Source: Amoebophrya sp. A120 (taxonomy: Eukaryota; Protista; Dinoflagellata). From it: 64,000 nucleotides of DNA. The stretch is taken from positions 3,313,077 through 3,377,076 of the forward strand of contig CAJINV010000011.1 in NCBI GenBank assembly GCA_905178155.1. The letters are read 5' to 3'. A model generated the notes under the pieces. The model saw only the letters and a list, made by a program, of their open reading frames with translations. It ran no database searches and was not told where the DNA came from. The translations under genes were made by a program, and so were the position numbers. Positions 45,631 through 58,687 of the stretch are shown here, piece by piece (positions within the stretch are counted from its first letter, which is position 1; the number at the start of each line of letters is the position of its first letter).

Positions 45631-48600
45631 ATGGAGAGTTCCTGGTTGAGTTGCTGCGCGCCGAGCAGCGGGCCTCGGGGACTGACCCTGCAGTCTACCG
45701 CGCGGTCGCAGCAGCACCCCGCCAAGGCACAGATGCACGTGCAAGGAAATAAACAGGACCGGAAGGCGGCGCGGAATGCCGATGCCTACCTGCTGATGGA
45801 CAACGCCATCGGTATTGCGGACGGCGTCAGCGCAGTTGAGGAATCCGGCGTGGACAGCAGCCTCTTGCCAAACGAGCTCTTGACCCACTGCGGGGCACTG
45901 CTAAGGGAAAGGCGGGCCAACAAGCGAGGGTACTTCAGACAAATTTAAGTGTTTTTTGTTTTTGTTTGAAGGCCGTGCAGCTTTAAGTGCATGTGCACAA
46001 CCACTTCCCGTCTGCACAAAAGGGACAGTCAATCCCTTTTGAAGATTCTTGCAAAAGGAATTATTACAGTCACCTTCAGTAGTTGTAGTTCGATGGATAC
46101 GATACAAAACTCAGGTGGAGCGCAGAATACAAACGTCTGCTCCTGGAGATTGAGAAATCCGTTCCCGTGGAACAGCCTACCGGTAGTACTGCTAGTACCG
46201 CTGCCGGCTGGATGCAGAAGGCGTTTGACGTTCTTTTTGGCGTGCCCGCGACCACCCCATCAAGCCGCGACGTCGACGCGCTGCAAGCGGACCTGTTTCA
46301 CTGCGCCCTGCGGGAGTCGGCGCCGGCAAGGGGATCCCTAGCTGCGTCCTTGAGCCGGTTCTTCCAGGAGGCCTACCACGTCTCCGTGGACAAACCTGTG
46401 CACCACCCGACGGATGAGATGGTTCAGAGTTGGTACGACGACATCCGGCTGGTAGCGCCGGAACACTTTCCGGAGACCGAGCCGCCGGTGCTGCTGCGGA
46501 TTCTGCTTGAGCACTGCTTGAAATTGATGGAGCAGTTTAGGCTGCTGCATCAGGGGGAACAACTGGTTGCGGATCCAGGTAAAAATGAACTCGCTGAGGA
46601 GGACGAAGCAGCTGGAGGACCCTCGGCAAGGCATAAACACGCAGCCCCCACTAGCGGCGCATCCGGAGGAGCAGCGGAAATTGTAGACCCCTTAAGTGTA
46701 CTGAACACCACCGGCGGGTCTGTGGCGACCTTTTTTGACAACATCGGCACAACTCCCGGGGCGGTGGGAGCAGCAGCAGCAACTTCTGTTGACAAAGGAT
46801 CTGATCTATCAAAGGGAAAAATCCCCCCTCCCCATATCGAAAAGGAACGCCTCAGAGAATTTGTGATACTGATTTGTGACCACAAATATTGTCTGTCTTG
46901 CAAGAAAGCAACGGCAGAGGCTCCGCCCCATTATGCAGGCGGTTTGTAATGCTGCAGGGCCTACACCAGAGACGTTCCTCATGCTAAGTGCCTAGGCTAA
47001 AACCTCTCTACATTGGCATGATATGGGCCTGCAGTACTCTACTGCAAGACAAATCTGATTTGTGTACTGAAATCCAGCATCAGAAGCTTCTTTTTGATAT
47101 GGGGTGGGGGGATTTTTCCTTTTGATATGATCAGAACAATGAGAGCGCGAGCACAACGTCCTCGTCCGGTCGGCCCAGCAAGGACGCGCCATCCTCGCAC
47201 AACGGCGGGACCAACCAGCTTGCGGAAAGGGAAACGAGTTCCTCGAGTTTAGAGGAGAACGGCAGAACGGACATCAAAATAGCAGGTCAGGACTTAGAGG
47301 CGCAAGAACGTCGTGATCCGACGCCTGCTCGTCCAACGACACAGCAGCTACCCGAGGTGCAAAATGCGACGCAAATGTTTCTGGATTTTCTTCCCTTCGT
47401 GCAATTGCAGCACGACTCCGCGTCTTCCTCCGCCTCGTCGTCACCGCGAAACGTGGAGTCGCACATGCTGAACCACGTGCAGGAGGAGTTTCACCGCAAA
47501 CTTGGGTCCATGATCGAGCACGCGGCACTGGGCAACTACGGCGACGCGCGCCGGGTGTTGCAGGAGGCGTTTTGGCGGTGCACGCAGCAGGGCTCCACGA
47601 CCGCCATGTTGTTTTTAATCGAGAAGGACATTCTGCATCCCTGCAACATGGGGGACTGCGCCTACGTGGTGCTGCGGCCGAATTGCGACCCCGAAATCGC
47701 GGAAACCATCTGCACGATCACCGTGCCGCCCAAACCCCCCAAGTCCGCGCTCCAGCAGCGGCGCGTGCGCAGCGGGTTGCCCCCGGAGAGCGAGGAGGTG
47801 AAGGCCATGAAGCGGGCGAGCCTAGCGGCACAGAAAGTTGCTGCCGTAGTGAGCAAAGGAAGCAGAGAAGGTGAAAGTGTTCTTCTCGAAGCGGAAATGA
47901 TAAGGAATGACATAGATGGCGACACCAGCTCCGATATTAATACGCTACCTCCAGGCACGAACATTCAGATCAGCCCGCGCACGATAAAATCCGCAGCGGA
48001 TTTGCAGGAAGAGGCCGACGAACTGCTGCGGGCTGAAAAGTTTCCGGAAAATAAGATACAGAAAGATAAAGACGGAGAGGAGATCAACCATGTTCAACTA
48101 CACAAGGATCAACAGGACCGGAACAATAAAATAAATCCTAGCTCTTCATCTTCCAGGCCGCCGCGCTACACGGTTGTCTCCCGGTCCATTTCCCAGACGC
48201 ACTGCTTCAATTGTCCCTACCAGCTCTCCCGGATGCCGACGTACCAGAACAAGCCCTACCAGGACGCCCCGTCTCTGTGGCGGCAGATTCGGAACATCCG
48301 CAACCTGCACCCGGTCCTGTTGCAGCCCGGGGACGTGATTATCAGTGGCACCGACGGGTTGTTTGACAACGTGTTCGAGTCCCGGATGGCCGCGCTCGCC
48401 GGCGAGATCTTGCTGGACGGAAATAGTAGACTTGGGAGGTGTAGTCCCGTGTCGCCTGGCACAGCGGAAAGATTCTCGTCGACGTCGGAGCTTGTTTTTT
48501 CAACAACAGCACCCTCGGGCGAGGACTCGACGACGCATCCTGGTTCATCCTCCGCTAGTACAATTTCGCAGGCGAAGCGCGAGGAGCTGTGCGACCGGCT

Positions 48601-48811
48601 GCTGCAGGAAGCACTGAAAAATGCGAATCCGGATTCCACGGCGGCAACCCCCTGGGCCGAGGAATGGTTTGAGGAGTGCGGGTATCCCTTCCCCGGCCTC
48701 GAGCGCGGCGGGACTGGACAAGGGAAGCCGGACGACACCACCGTCGTGGTTTCTGTGGTCACGTCCAAGACTCCGGAGGTCGGGGAACTCTTTTTCGATG
48801 AGTTTAGATAG
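45631..48811 (+). CDS. PTC7-type PP2C/PPM phosphatase with long insertions; GT-AG intron 45930-46114 and 1 introner
   Basis: HPAK, IADGV, GSTTA, NMGDC, QTHCFNCPYQL, GDVIISGTDGLFDNVF, GKPDDTTVVV. Confidence 0.9.
46807..47127. mobile_element. Introner family B, reverse orientation relative to 26359-26681
   Basis: Perfect DR TGATC. Confidence 0.95.
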
Positions 48812-49543
48812 ATAGTTTGGCTAATATGGAGGGTCAGTTAATAGTTTGTTCTTCTACTCTATTATGCACAGCGACAGCAGCGACGGCGAGCACGTCGAAG
48901 ACCACACTCGTCGAATATGATGATCATAGTTTCGGTTGGACGTCATTCAGATTCGTATCAATACCGACCACCAGCACCACCCCTATGCGAAGAGAAAATT
49001 GCGGCTCTATCACATTCTTGCACAGTTTGTCCTTGTTGTGGCTGCGACTTCGTTTGTTGAAGATACTGAACGAAAAAATCTTCGAAGAACGACTTAAGTA
49101 CAACTAAACACCTCCAACAGCAGCACAGCATGAATTTACATTTCAAAATGTAACGTGATGCGAATTTTTCCATTTTCAAATGTAATAATTACAATTCATC
49201 ATAATAAGATTTTTTCGAAATAGCAGCTATTGCTTGTGTGTTGTTCTTGGTGCCGATCCTGTTGAACCCAAAGGCCGATCGCTGGTCGCCCCAGGATAAC
49301 TCCGAATTGTATACGCACGAGGTATGTATCCTCTCCAGGCGACAAGAGTCAGAAACGGACGAAAATGAAAGAAAGAGGATGTGCTTCAGAACGATGATTC
49401 TTCTTTAATTTCCTTCGCCACTGGTGCCGGTAGAAGAATCAGTAACGATTAATCAAGGCTGTGCTGTTCTAAAGTTTTTTTCTCTGGGAATCACAGTGAG
49501 GTTAAGGTTTGGGTTTCTTTTCTTTCGGTACTAGGTGTAGGAA

Positions 49544-52500
49544 ATGCGTCCGTCTACTTCTCGATTTGTTTACCACTGTGCTCGTCTCGTCTTATCACTT
49601 GTCTCGGTACTGGAAAATTGTCCGGTCATCATGTCCTCGGTGGTTGAACATGAATCTGATAACGGGACGAGGGCAATAAAGCCAGAACTTTTCGAGGACG
49701 TCGACTCGCGGGACGTCGAGCAACTTCAAAAAAGCTTACGAACACCGTCTCAGCGGGCTTTGTGGAAGCACATCGGAGACGAGATTTCCGCATCGTCAGA
49801 ACAAGCAAAGGACAAGATCAAACCTGCGCCGTTGCTGCTGCGGTCGAAGAGAAAGGCCGACGCGGGTCAAGACCATTATGATGAGCAAGACGTCCAGTTG
49901 CCCTTGTGGGCCCTGTACCTGCTCGAGGGAGCGCGGAAGAGGCAGCTGGTCCGTGCTGCGGGTCTACAGCTGCGCAAGAAAGCCAGCGAGTTGGTGGATG
50001 TTGAAAAAGTCGCAGACCGACATGTAGAAGAAGCTGGCGCTTCATCAGGAGGTGCTGCCCGTTTCTCGCGAATCGGCGAATTCATCCCCTTGATTGTAAC
50101 ACCACCACCTGCAGCACAAGCACATCAGAGCCAGAGGTCGACGTCCACGGTGGCAGATCCTAGGGCGCAGGAGCTACAACATCGTGAAGAAGATGAAAAA
50201 GCAGGAATTATCACGACACCACATCAAGACGAGCTGCAACTACTTCTAGAACAACGAGCAAAGGCAGTGCAGTTCGTGAAGGCGCTTGTCCCCGTCTACA
50301 ACCGTTTAATCGATGGCATCAGCTGCGATGTCGCCACGCTGCAAGCCGAGCTCAGCGCGGCAAGTGAGGTGGATCCGTTTACGCGCCAATTGCTCGGGAT
50401 CGCTCACCGCGTCTACGGTGGTGGGACAGGGACAGAAGATGGAGTTCATCACGCGGGTACTGCTTCTAAAGGCGCATCAAAGGTGGACCACGAGCGAATA
50501 AAGGATCCACGGAAAGAGCCGCGGCTTCACTTAATGAGACACGATTATTTGTTTCAACGTCAAGAAGAAAAGATGGAAAAATCGCTTGGAGGAGCGGCGC
50601 AGGCTGGTGGGGTACTAACAGGTGATAGTTCTAGCGTCAACCAGAATCATCATCTACAGTGCAAATTAGTGGAAATCAACACGATCGCTGTGGCTTTCGC
50701 CGGCATGGCACAAGACTTGCTGGAGATCCACAAGGAGGGGCGGGCACTTTTACAACTCCGAAGCGGTGCTGACAAGGAAAATGATGTCGAGCCGCCGACT
50801 GCTGAAGTGGCTGCGAGAGCCACTAAGACGTCAGTGCAGCAACAAAGCGACGAAGCGCCCGCCGTCACCGCGTCTCTCTCCCACCCGGCGGGCTCCGCCG
50901 ACGCGTACGCGGCTGGGATTGCCGCAGCGCACCGCGCCTTTCTCGCCAAATGGCAGGTGGTGGTGGACCACGCAGATGGTCACACAGATGAACAAAGAGA
51001 TGACACGAAGAACAACCACTCTCCCCGAGGAGGAGAGATCGTGACAAAAAGTTCAACTTCCACGAGGGCTTCATCTGGTTCTGCGGCCAAGAACATCTAT
51101 CAACCAGACGATTACCACATCTGCTTTTTTTGCTTCCCAAGCGACCATCTGGATCACGACCAGCAGCGGGTGCAGAGAAGCCTGCGGGAAAGAGAAAATT
51201 TGAAGAGCTTTGCGGCGGTGATGCACGAGGGGTGTGTTGTGACGGTCGTGGAACAAGAGAAGGAGGAAGTTCCACCGGAGGCTAATATCAAGAAAAGTGA
51301 CCCAGACCCCGTCACCAGGAGAAATAAAAAACGGTTCTTGCACATCAAGACTGGAACACTTACTACAGGACCAACTACAACACCACGCGATTATAAGTCG
51401 TCCACCGATGTTGATGTTGAAAAAGTGGAACGCACGACTGTAGATGAAGTGCCGGGTGGAGGTTCTACTATTGGTACTACATCTGCAGACGATAAAATAA
51501 CCTCTTGGTTGCACCGACTCTCCGCAGAGTTGAACGACAGTATCCTTGTGGTGGACAACAAGCCAGTCTCGGTCGTGGTGTGGCACACCGTATCGCAACA
51601 AAAAACTGTTTCACTGTAAACTTGTAATGCAGAGAATGTATCTGAGAAGTGTTTGTATTGCTGCACATGCAAGACAGTGGATTGTTAGCTGTGTTTTCCC
51701 TTAGGAATGATCTCGCATGACAAATCTTCTCTGTGATGTAGAACAAACTTGTGTTGATGCAGAACTTGCAATAAGATCCTTACAACAGTGAAGCAGTTAT
51801 TTCGTGCGATACACTGGCTACGGCCCGGAAAACAGTGCTGGTTGGTTTCCGATCCGGGAGGCGGTCGAGCGGACAAATGCGATTAAAGTCCCGACGGTGT
51901 TGACCCAGCTGGCGGGCACGAAAAAAATCCAGGAGCGCTTCGGGGACGAGGCGTTTTTGCGGAAATACTTGGAAGAAGTAGTAGGGGACAGCAATACGAC
52001 CAAAAGCGATGGCGTTTTGTCGCGAATCCAGCAAACCCAAGTGGAGACCGTCGATTTGCAGGAGCTGGTTTCAACAATTTCCTCCCACGAGAAGAGGAAA
52101 ACCCAAGTTCTAGATTTGCTGAAAACTAAGTACCTTCCGAATTACGACAACTGGGTCCTGTATCAAATGCAAAAATGTCTGGGTCTGGAAGAATCTAACT
52201 TGTGGTCATGCTTAAGCTGAAGCATTCAAAAATCTGTGTTGCATGATTACCAAAAGCTGGCCACTTTTGACCCAATCGAGAGGCAGTTTCTCATGCAGGA
52301 TAGGCATGATAGAACTCTGACAGAATCTGTCATGCTATGTCCTACATACCAGACCTCATGGGTCATGGAAAACCTGCATGACAAGTCTGCATTCTTCCAG
52401 ACCCAGACATTTTTACATTTGATATCCTGAAACCGCAGCGAGAGGGCGGGGGCAACAACCTGTTTGGAGAAGCAGTAAAGGCGGAGCTTACGAGATTGGT

Positions 52501-52957
52501 GGAAATACTAGAAGAAGATAAAGGAGTAGAGCAGGCGGGGCCACTTCTACGAGAATCCGGCAGGACCGCAGATGAAGTACTGCCGCTGGACAAAAAAATG
52601 CCGCGGGAGGAGTCCCGAGACGAAGATGAAACTCAGGGGGAGTACTACGTGCTCATGGAGCGGATTAATGCCGTGGTGGAGGAGTCTGTGTGTTTTGCGC
52701 AGCAGGTCGTGGACCAACATAACTCCTCTCAAACCGTTGTCGAGGTCAGCACGGAGCGGGCGATCTCCGAGCTCGGTCTCTTCACGGTATTCGTCGCAGA
52801 TGCGGAAAACCAGGTCGTGCAAAATTGCTGTGGCGGGGCGTTCCAGCGGGTGAAGCGCGCTTCCAGCGACGAGGGTGGCATTTGCGCGGGACACGGATTT
52901 CTGGACGTGGTTCCGGTTGATGATGACTGCCTTCTCTCTGTGGAAAAATCCGGGTGA
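49544..52957 (+). CDS. GSS: Eukaryotic-type glutathione synthetase with long insertions; 2 introners (start may be ATG 49631)
   Basis: MRHDYL, VEINTIA, T|GYGP, QLAGTKKIQ, VL|KPQREGGGNN, YVLMERI, SELGLF, DEGGICAG. Confidence 0.92.
51591..51811. mobile_element. Introner, H-like family
   Basis: TATCGCA..AACTGTTTCACTGT ... ACAGTGAAGCAGTT..TGCGATA; DR CACCG/CACTG. Confidence 0.9.
52161..52424. mobile_element. Introner family A
   Basis: Perfect DR TCCTG; splits VL|KPQREGGG. Confidence 0.97.
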
Positions 52958-53398
52958 ACAGATCTGTCACTGATCCTCAAAACGCTGTCGCAGTATGTCA
53001 TCGTCGTCGTCCAAGAAAAGAGCGCTGTGACCACTACATTCGAGATCTTCGCTCGTACCAATCGAGCAGTCCACAAGTCGGTCTTGAGGTGAGACGATTT
53101 CGCTTTCGCACATCGGCATGCTCGAGTAGTTGTTGCCAAGATTTTCTCGGCAGTAGTTTTGGTTGCCGCTCGTGGACGAGATAGAAATCAATAACGCGAG
53201 CTGCAGCTACGTGAATTATAGGTGGAAGCAAACAAGTCGCAACATCATCGAGCCCATTAATGCGATCGTGTGATCGTACTGCTAGTGCAGCTGCACCTAC
53301 AATGGGATAGAAATCGACTCGGCTGCGATGCGGTGGTTTTTTACCGACTTCGTTGATAAGATTTTTGATCGGAACACAACAAGTTGATCAACCCAAAA

Positions 53399-54571
53399 AT
53401 GCCGTCCCCCGCTGCAGCTGTCCTTTCAATCACGCAGCAATTTCCGCCGTCGCTTGACGTGACAGATTTTGTGGACCAAATGTGGCGGTGCAAACCGGGG
53501 TTTCCCTACCACAAAAAGCCCGGTGCGCATCCACGACTCATTTTCGGCGAAAAGTTCTACGCGGAGATCCTCGCCAAGGCGAAACAGCAGCACCCGGAAC
53601 TGACAGAGGCGAATGAGGAAAACAAGGAAGAAGCGAGTTTTTTTCAACGGCAGAAGTCCGACGAAATGGAAAAGGAGGCTGCCGGGAACGTTTTAGTACA
53701 CCTTTCCGACACGACGTATCCGATTGGCCGGGTCCTGTGGAGCGCGAAGTACCCTTTCCAGAATGTTCTACTACGACAGGACCAACACCTACCGGAGTCC
53801 GCGCAACCCGACTTCTACGAGTTCTGTTTGAAAGCGCCGGGACGGTTGAAGGTACAGGACAAGACTCACTGGTACAAACTTACCGTGCACCACGAGGCTG
53901 CGGGCGTGGTAGACCCGAAGCCCATCGCCGCGGCGACGTTCAAGCTGGAGCCGGGAGATGAGAACGGTATTGCGGAGGAAGAAGACACTAGACACACGAG
54001 CCTGGATATGCAATAAAGAGACTGTGTAAGTGTAAGTTTGTGATGCGGACGATGCATGACTGTCACTCTTTTCATGCTGCATGTGCATCATAGGCTACTT
54101 ACTGTTTCATACGTGTTTATTTCACTTACTGGCTGTGCATGACAAATTTTCTGTAGTGTAAAGCGAATTTGTGATGCTACTCTTCGTTCATACTTAGTTA
54201 CACTCACACAGTTTTTTTCTTGGATACTGGACCCCGATGACGAGCTTGAGCCGGAGGAGGGCGAGGATACAGACGTGGAGCTCATTGAAACGGCGGAAGG
54301 CGGGGATGACATCGCAGAGGCACGGGTCGTTGGTGGGGAGCTCGGCTTGGTTTTGGCCGGTTTCTTGGCCGACGCAGGTCGGGCGATTTATTCGTGTCCT
54401 GTAAGAACTGGACCGCTTGGAGGTTCTCGTGGGGCAAGAAACGGTTGTGCAGGAAGTAGAGAATATTATCGACGTGCTTTTCACCATGAGAACGCGCATG
54501 ATCGCAGAAACAATGACCTCACTTCGAAGAAGAAGCTGCATTTCGTTGATACTACGTGCGGGTTTTTGTAA
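53399..54571 (+). CDS. Unknown protein; 1 introner
   Basis: ORF 53384-54016 joins ORF ..54571 in frame (TSL|DPDDE). Confidence 0.65.
54007..54226. mobile_element. Introner family H
   Basis: Perfect DR CTGGA; similar to 28631-28845. Confidence 0.95.
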
Positions 54572-55197
54572 AGTTGTCGAGAAATTAAAGATTGCCTGTG
54601 GCAACTCTGGCCATGAAACAAAGAAGGCATTCATGGAACACTATGTATACTTCGTACGTTTTGGAGCATCGGTTTAAACGTTTTCGAGCATCGGTTTTAA
54701 CTGGTGATGCCTTGCTGCGCTACGTTATGATTCCAATTGTCCTCGAAGCAATTTTATGAGGTGCTCAAAAGCACAAGCAATTCGTCTTCTGGGCTCTTCG
54801 TGATCGTACCCCGCAGTACTTACTCGTCGTCACGAGTATCGTTGTAGTTGCCTTTCGTACAAGAAAAAAATCCGGTGGTTTAGCCCTGAAAAAACAACGT
54901 ATGTGCGTAAAAGGATCGTCCAATCCCACTACGTGCTCGGTGCTACTTTCGTACGTTTTGGCAGATTTCGTATAGTTCTGAAATGGAATTCGAATTGCAG
55001 CTAGCTTTTCTAATAGTTTGGCGCACAAAAAATCCCAACAGCCTCACAACTCTCCTCTCGCGTCGTCGCGAATCACTTAGACATCCCGTAGAAAGAACTT
55101 GTTTTTCGTGGCATAGTCCTCTAGTGTCACACAGACATTCGATACTTAGCTTGAAGTAACAATTTTTATCCCCAGTAGATAGAAACACGAAAAAAAA

Positions 55198-56861
55198 ATG
55201 GCTTGTTGCATGGGTGGAAAGAGCAGCGCGGCGAAGCCCGCCGCCGCTGGTAACAAGAAGTCCTCTGAGGTAGACAAGTCTTTGGCCATGTTCCGGGCGA
55301 GCCTGAAGCAGGCCGCAGCCGACAACGTGTTCGAATCCTCCGTCGAGGGTTCGTACGCGGCCGCCGGCAAGAAGGGCCCCGCGGGCGAGGGCGAGGCGCG
55401 GGAGTCGGCCGCCGAAGCGATGCAGGATCGCACCTTTTACCGCGAGCCGCCGAAGCCCCAGAACTTCCTGCCCAGCGCCTCCGCGACGAACACGAAGCCC
55501 GCCTCCCCGAAAAACGCCGCCGCGGACGCTGCGCCCGCGGCCGCTGACGAGGCTCCCAAGCCGGAGACCGCGGAAGCGCCGGCAAAGAAGGACGAGGAGG
55601 CTCCGTCCAAAACATCGTCTAAATCGAACCCGGGCAGCCCCTCCTGGAAGCTCGTGAACACCAGCATCACGGAGAAAAAGGAGTACTTCGGCGCCAATCT
55701 CGGCATGGAGGCCACCGCGGAGACCATTCCGCAGTCCCAGATGCCGGCGGCGGACGGAAGCGCAGAAGTGCCCCAATCCGGCACGGCAGACGTCGAGGAC
55801 GTGAAGGTTGAGGTCGAGACCCCCGAACCCGCCGCGGTGCCGGCGCCCGTGGAGTTGACCGCCGAACAGATCGCAAAGAACGCCGCCATCGAGGAAAAGC
55901 AGGCCACCTCGAAAAAGCGCGCACTGGAGGAGTTGAAGTCTACTACGAGCGAGTTCGTTGACCAGGATGTGGTCGCGTATCCCGCGCCTGCAGCGGGGGA
56001 AGAATCTTCGGCCCAACCCGCAAGCAAGGCTCCGGAGCCCTCCGCGAAGAAGCAGAAAATCAAAACCGCGGTCTCCGCCCTGGACGAGCAGGTTGCCATA
56101 TGCACTGCAGACATGTCTGGGTCGTCTGGAAAGAATGTGAGATTTGTATTGCTGAAGTCACATACCCCTGAACTTTGTGATGCATGTTGTGGAATGGCGC
56201 CAACCCTCTGCGGTCATGCGAAAATGCAGCCTCTCATGCGGGTAACGCGCGACTGAGCCGCTCAGAAATTTCTCATGCGTGGCTGCGTACTATTGGAATC
56301 AGTTGTTTGTGACGCATGTATTAGCATCACAAGTTTCCCGACGTCCAGGGATATTTTCACTTGATACGCCAGCAAGGTGAAGAAGGCCATGAGCGCCGAG
56401 GAGAACAACGTGCCGTTGTTATCCTGAGTAAAAACGTACCCACACCAGAGTTGTAATGCAGATTTGCAAAGACAGGAAGACTTGTAATCATGCGCATCCC
56501 CATGATAGCCATTTCCAGTCGTGTTTTGGAAGTTGTGATGCTGTGAACAGGATGAGCAGATGAATCTGTGACGCGGCTGCACTTGCTAACCTGCACTACA
56601 CTGCATAGCGCAACTTATAATGCGTGACGCACAAAACTCCTAGGTTTGTGTTGCAAAATCCCCATCCTGACTCTGGTATGGGTACGCTTTTACTCAGGAT
56701 AGTTGTCTGCGGCGCAAATGCAGGAGATGCTGGCGGAAGAACCGATTTCCGCGCTGGACAGCCCGGAAATGATCAAGAACAAGAAGAAAAACCGCCGGAT
56801 CCCGCACCCCCACCACCAGCGTCCGCACTTCCGCGCCTACACTACCGGGAAGAAGGCGTAG
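55198..56861 (+). CDS. Ala/Pro/Glu/Lys-rich unknown protein with N-terminal Cys pair; 2 introners
   Basis: GC3-rich ORF from MACCMGGK; frame restored to TAG 56859-56861. Confidence 0.8.
56099..56366. mobile_element. Introner family A, decayed right end
   Basis: DR TGCCA/CGCCA. Confidence 0.85.
56420..56701. mobile_element. Introner family C
   Basis: Near-perfect TIR; perfect DR GTTGT. Confidence 0.97.
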
Positions 56862-58687
56862 AGGAAGGAAAGGTTAAGGTATTGATGTGAAATTTTCTTT
56901 TCAATAAATATCTTCGTCGTGTAGCTGAAGTTGATGTTTTCTTGTTCTACACGTGGACGCAGCTGCAGCTAGTCGTTGTTCCATTTCGAAAAATTCGCAA
57001 GAACATGAACAATGAGACGAACGAAACCACCACTCACTCATCTTCCCAGCGTAAGGACACGAAGATAGACTCTTTCGATTTTCCAACATCTGAAAAATAG
57101 ATTACCACGATGAAATATATAACAGGTACACGAGGCGTTTTTGGAACAAGAAGCAAAAGAGCACACAACACAAGAACTCAAGACTCACTTCTTTATCCAG
57201 TCATGTAGAACTAAAGGTGTTGTCAGGAGCGGCACACCTTTTGTCCAACGCGACGGCTGCAGAGGAACACAGGGAGACTTCCGAAAGCTTAACTTTTTCG
57301 ATATTTCAACAAGTACTGTATCAAAACTTTTTCGATTCTGTATCACGAGCTAAATTTTCGATTCTGTATCATGCACAGCTAAGTAAACGAACGCGATTTC
57401 GATATTTTTCAGTCATACAACATCTCACAGTCACATGATAGGATTTCAGCAGATTTATATTTTTCAACGAGGGTTACTAGGTTACACGAAAGCAAGAACA
57501 AATGCAAATCAGATTATCAGAAGTTTTTACAGTTGCACAGCACAGCACAGGCTTTTTATGTTCAGTACTACGCCCCCATAAGTAGTGGACCTCTGCTGGG
57601 GAAGACGAAGTTCTCTTCACCAGCAAATTATACAAGCTACTCAAGCTAGCACTCCTGCTTGCACCCAGAATGTCATTCTGTTTGTGCATCCATAGTCCAA
57701 TGTTATACCCCGATTTCTGTTTCTTCCCCGAACAACTTTCGAACCCTGGGAAATCAATATAGTCTGATCAACATGTTTTGCATTTTTTCAACAAACAATG
57801 GGAAGAACTCAGTTCGATCCTTGCTTGTTGTATTGTGTCCACAAAATCATAAATCACCCGAACCCCGCGGGGTATCCCCCACTTTAGTTCCTACTTGGAA
57901 TTTATTCCAATCTGAAACCTCATTTGGCAACAGGCGACGCACAAATGCACACTGAAACACTATCGAATGGGAAGGAAAACTATCGACTTTGACGGGAGGA
58001 TCACATTGTTTACGCGACGGGGACCGATCGCGATTTCCGTGACACAAGTTATGTCAATATTATCGCCTTACACACCAAATCTTGTTCCCCTCTAAGTACT
58101 ATCGGTGCAGCAGCTGCACTACTCACAGTGCTTGGTGAAAGGAAACAGTGAAACTGGATCATAGCTCTGGTTGACGACCCCGGTGAGATGATGCTACCAA
58201 GCAAGAAGATCATGACGACGGTCCTCATAGGTCGTTTCATCTCGAGGAGATAGAGATCCTTTTATCTCAAACACGAAGAATGACCTCATGAGAGGATCCA
58301 CGTCTGTCAGATATGGCTGGTTCCGTATTTGTTGTGACCACAGTCAGGTGTGATCATGCCAAGTTGAGATTTGATTGTCGTGATCATCTGATTGCTTCGC
58401 TTGATCCTGATTAGGTCACTCGTCTTCGCCACCTCCACTTGTACAACGTCGAACTACTACACAGCGACTTTCGCAACTACAGCATTTAAGATTTTATGGA
58501 GAGCTGCCAGCATTTGTTAAGCCTGTCCAAAACATTTTTGCCGCCCCTTCGCTCCGACACAGTACTGCGATTTACAACTCCTTTCAGTGAATAAGTAGCC
58601 CATGGTCCACGTATTATTGATAGCATTTCCCTTGGATATTAATAGTAAGACGATCACACGACAGACCACCCCCCCACCCTCGCCTCC

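Noticed and set aside
54943-56114. Long minus-strand ORFs (also 48256-48768, 18830-19297)
   Set aside because: Antisense shadows of GC3-rich + strand exons
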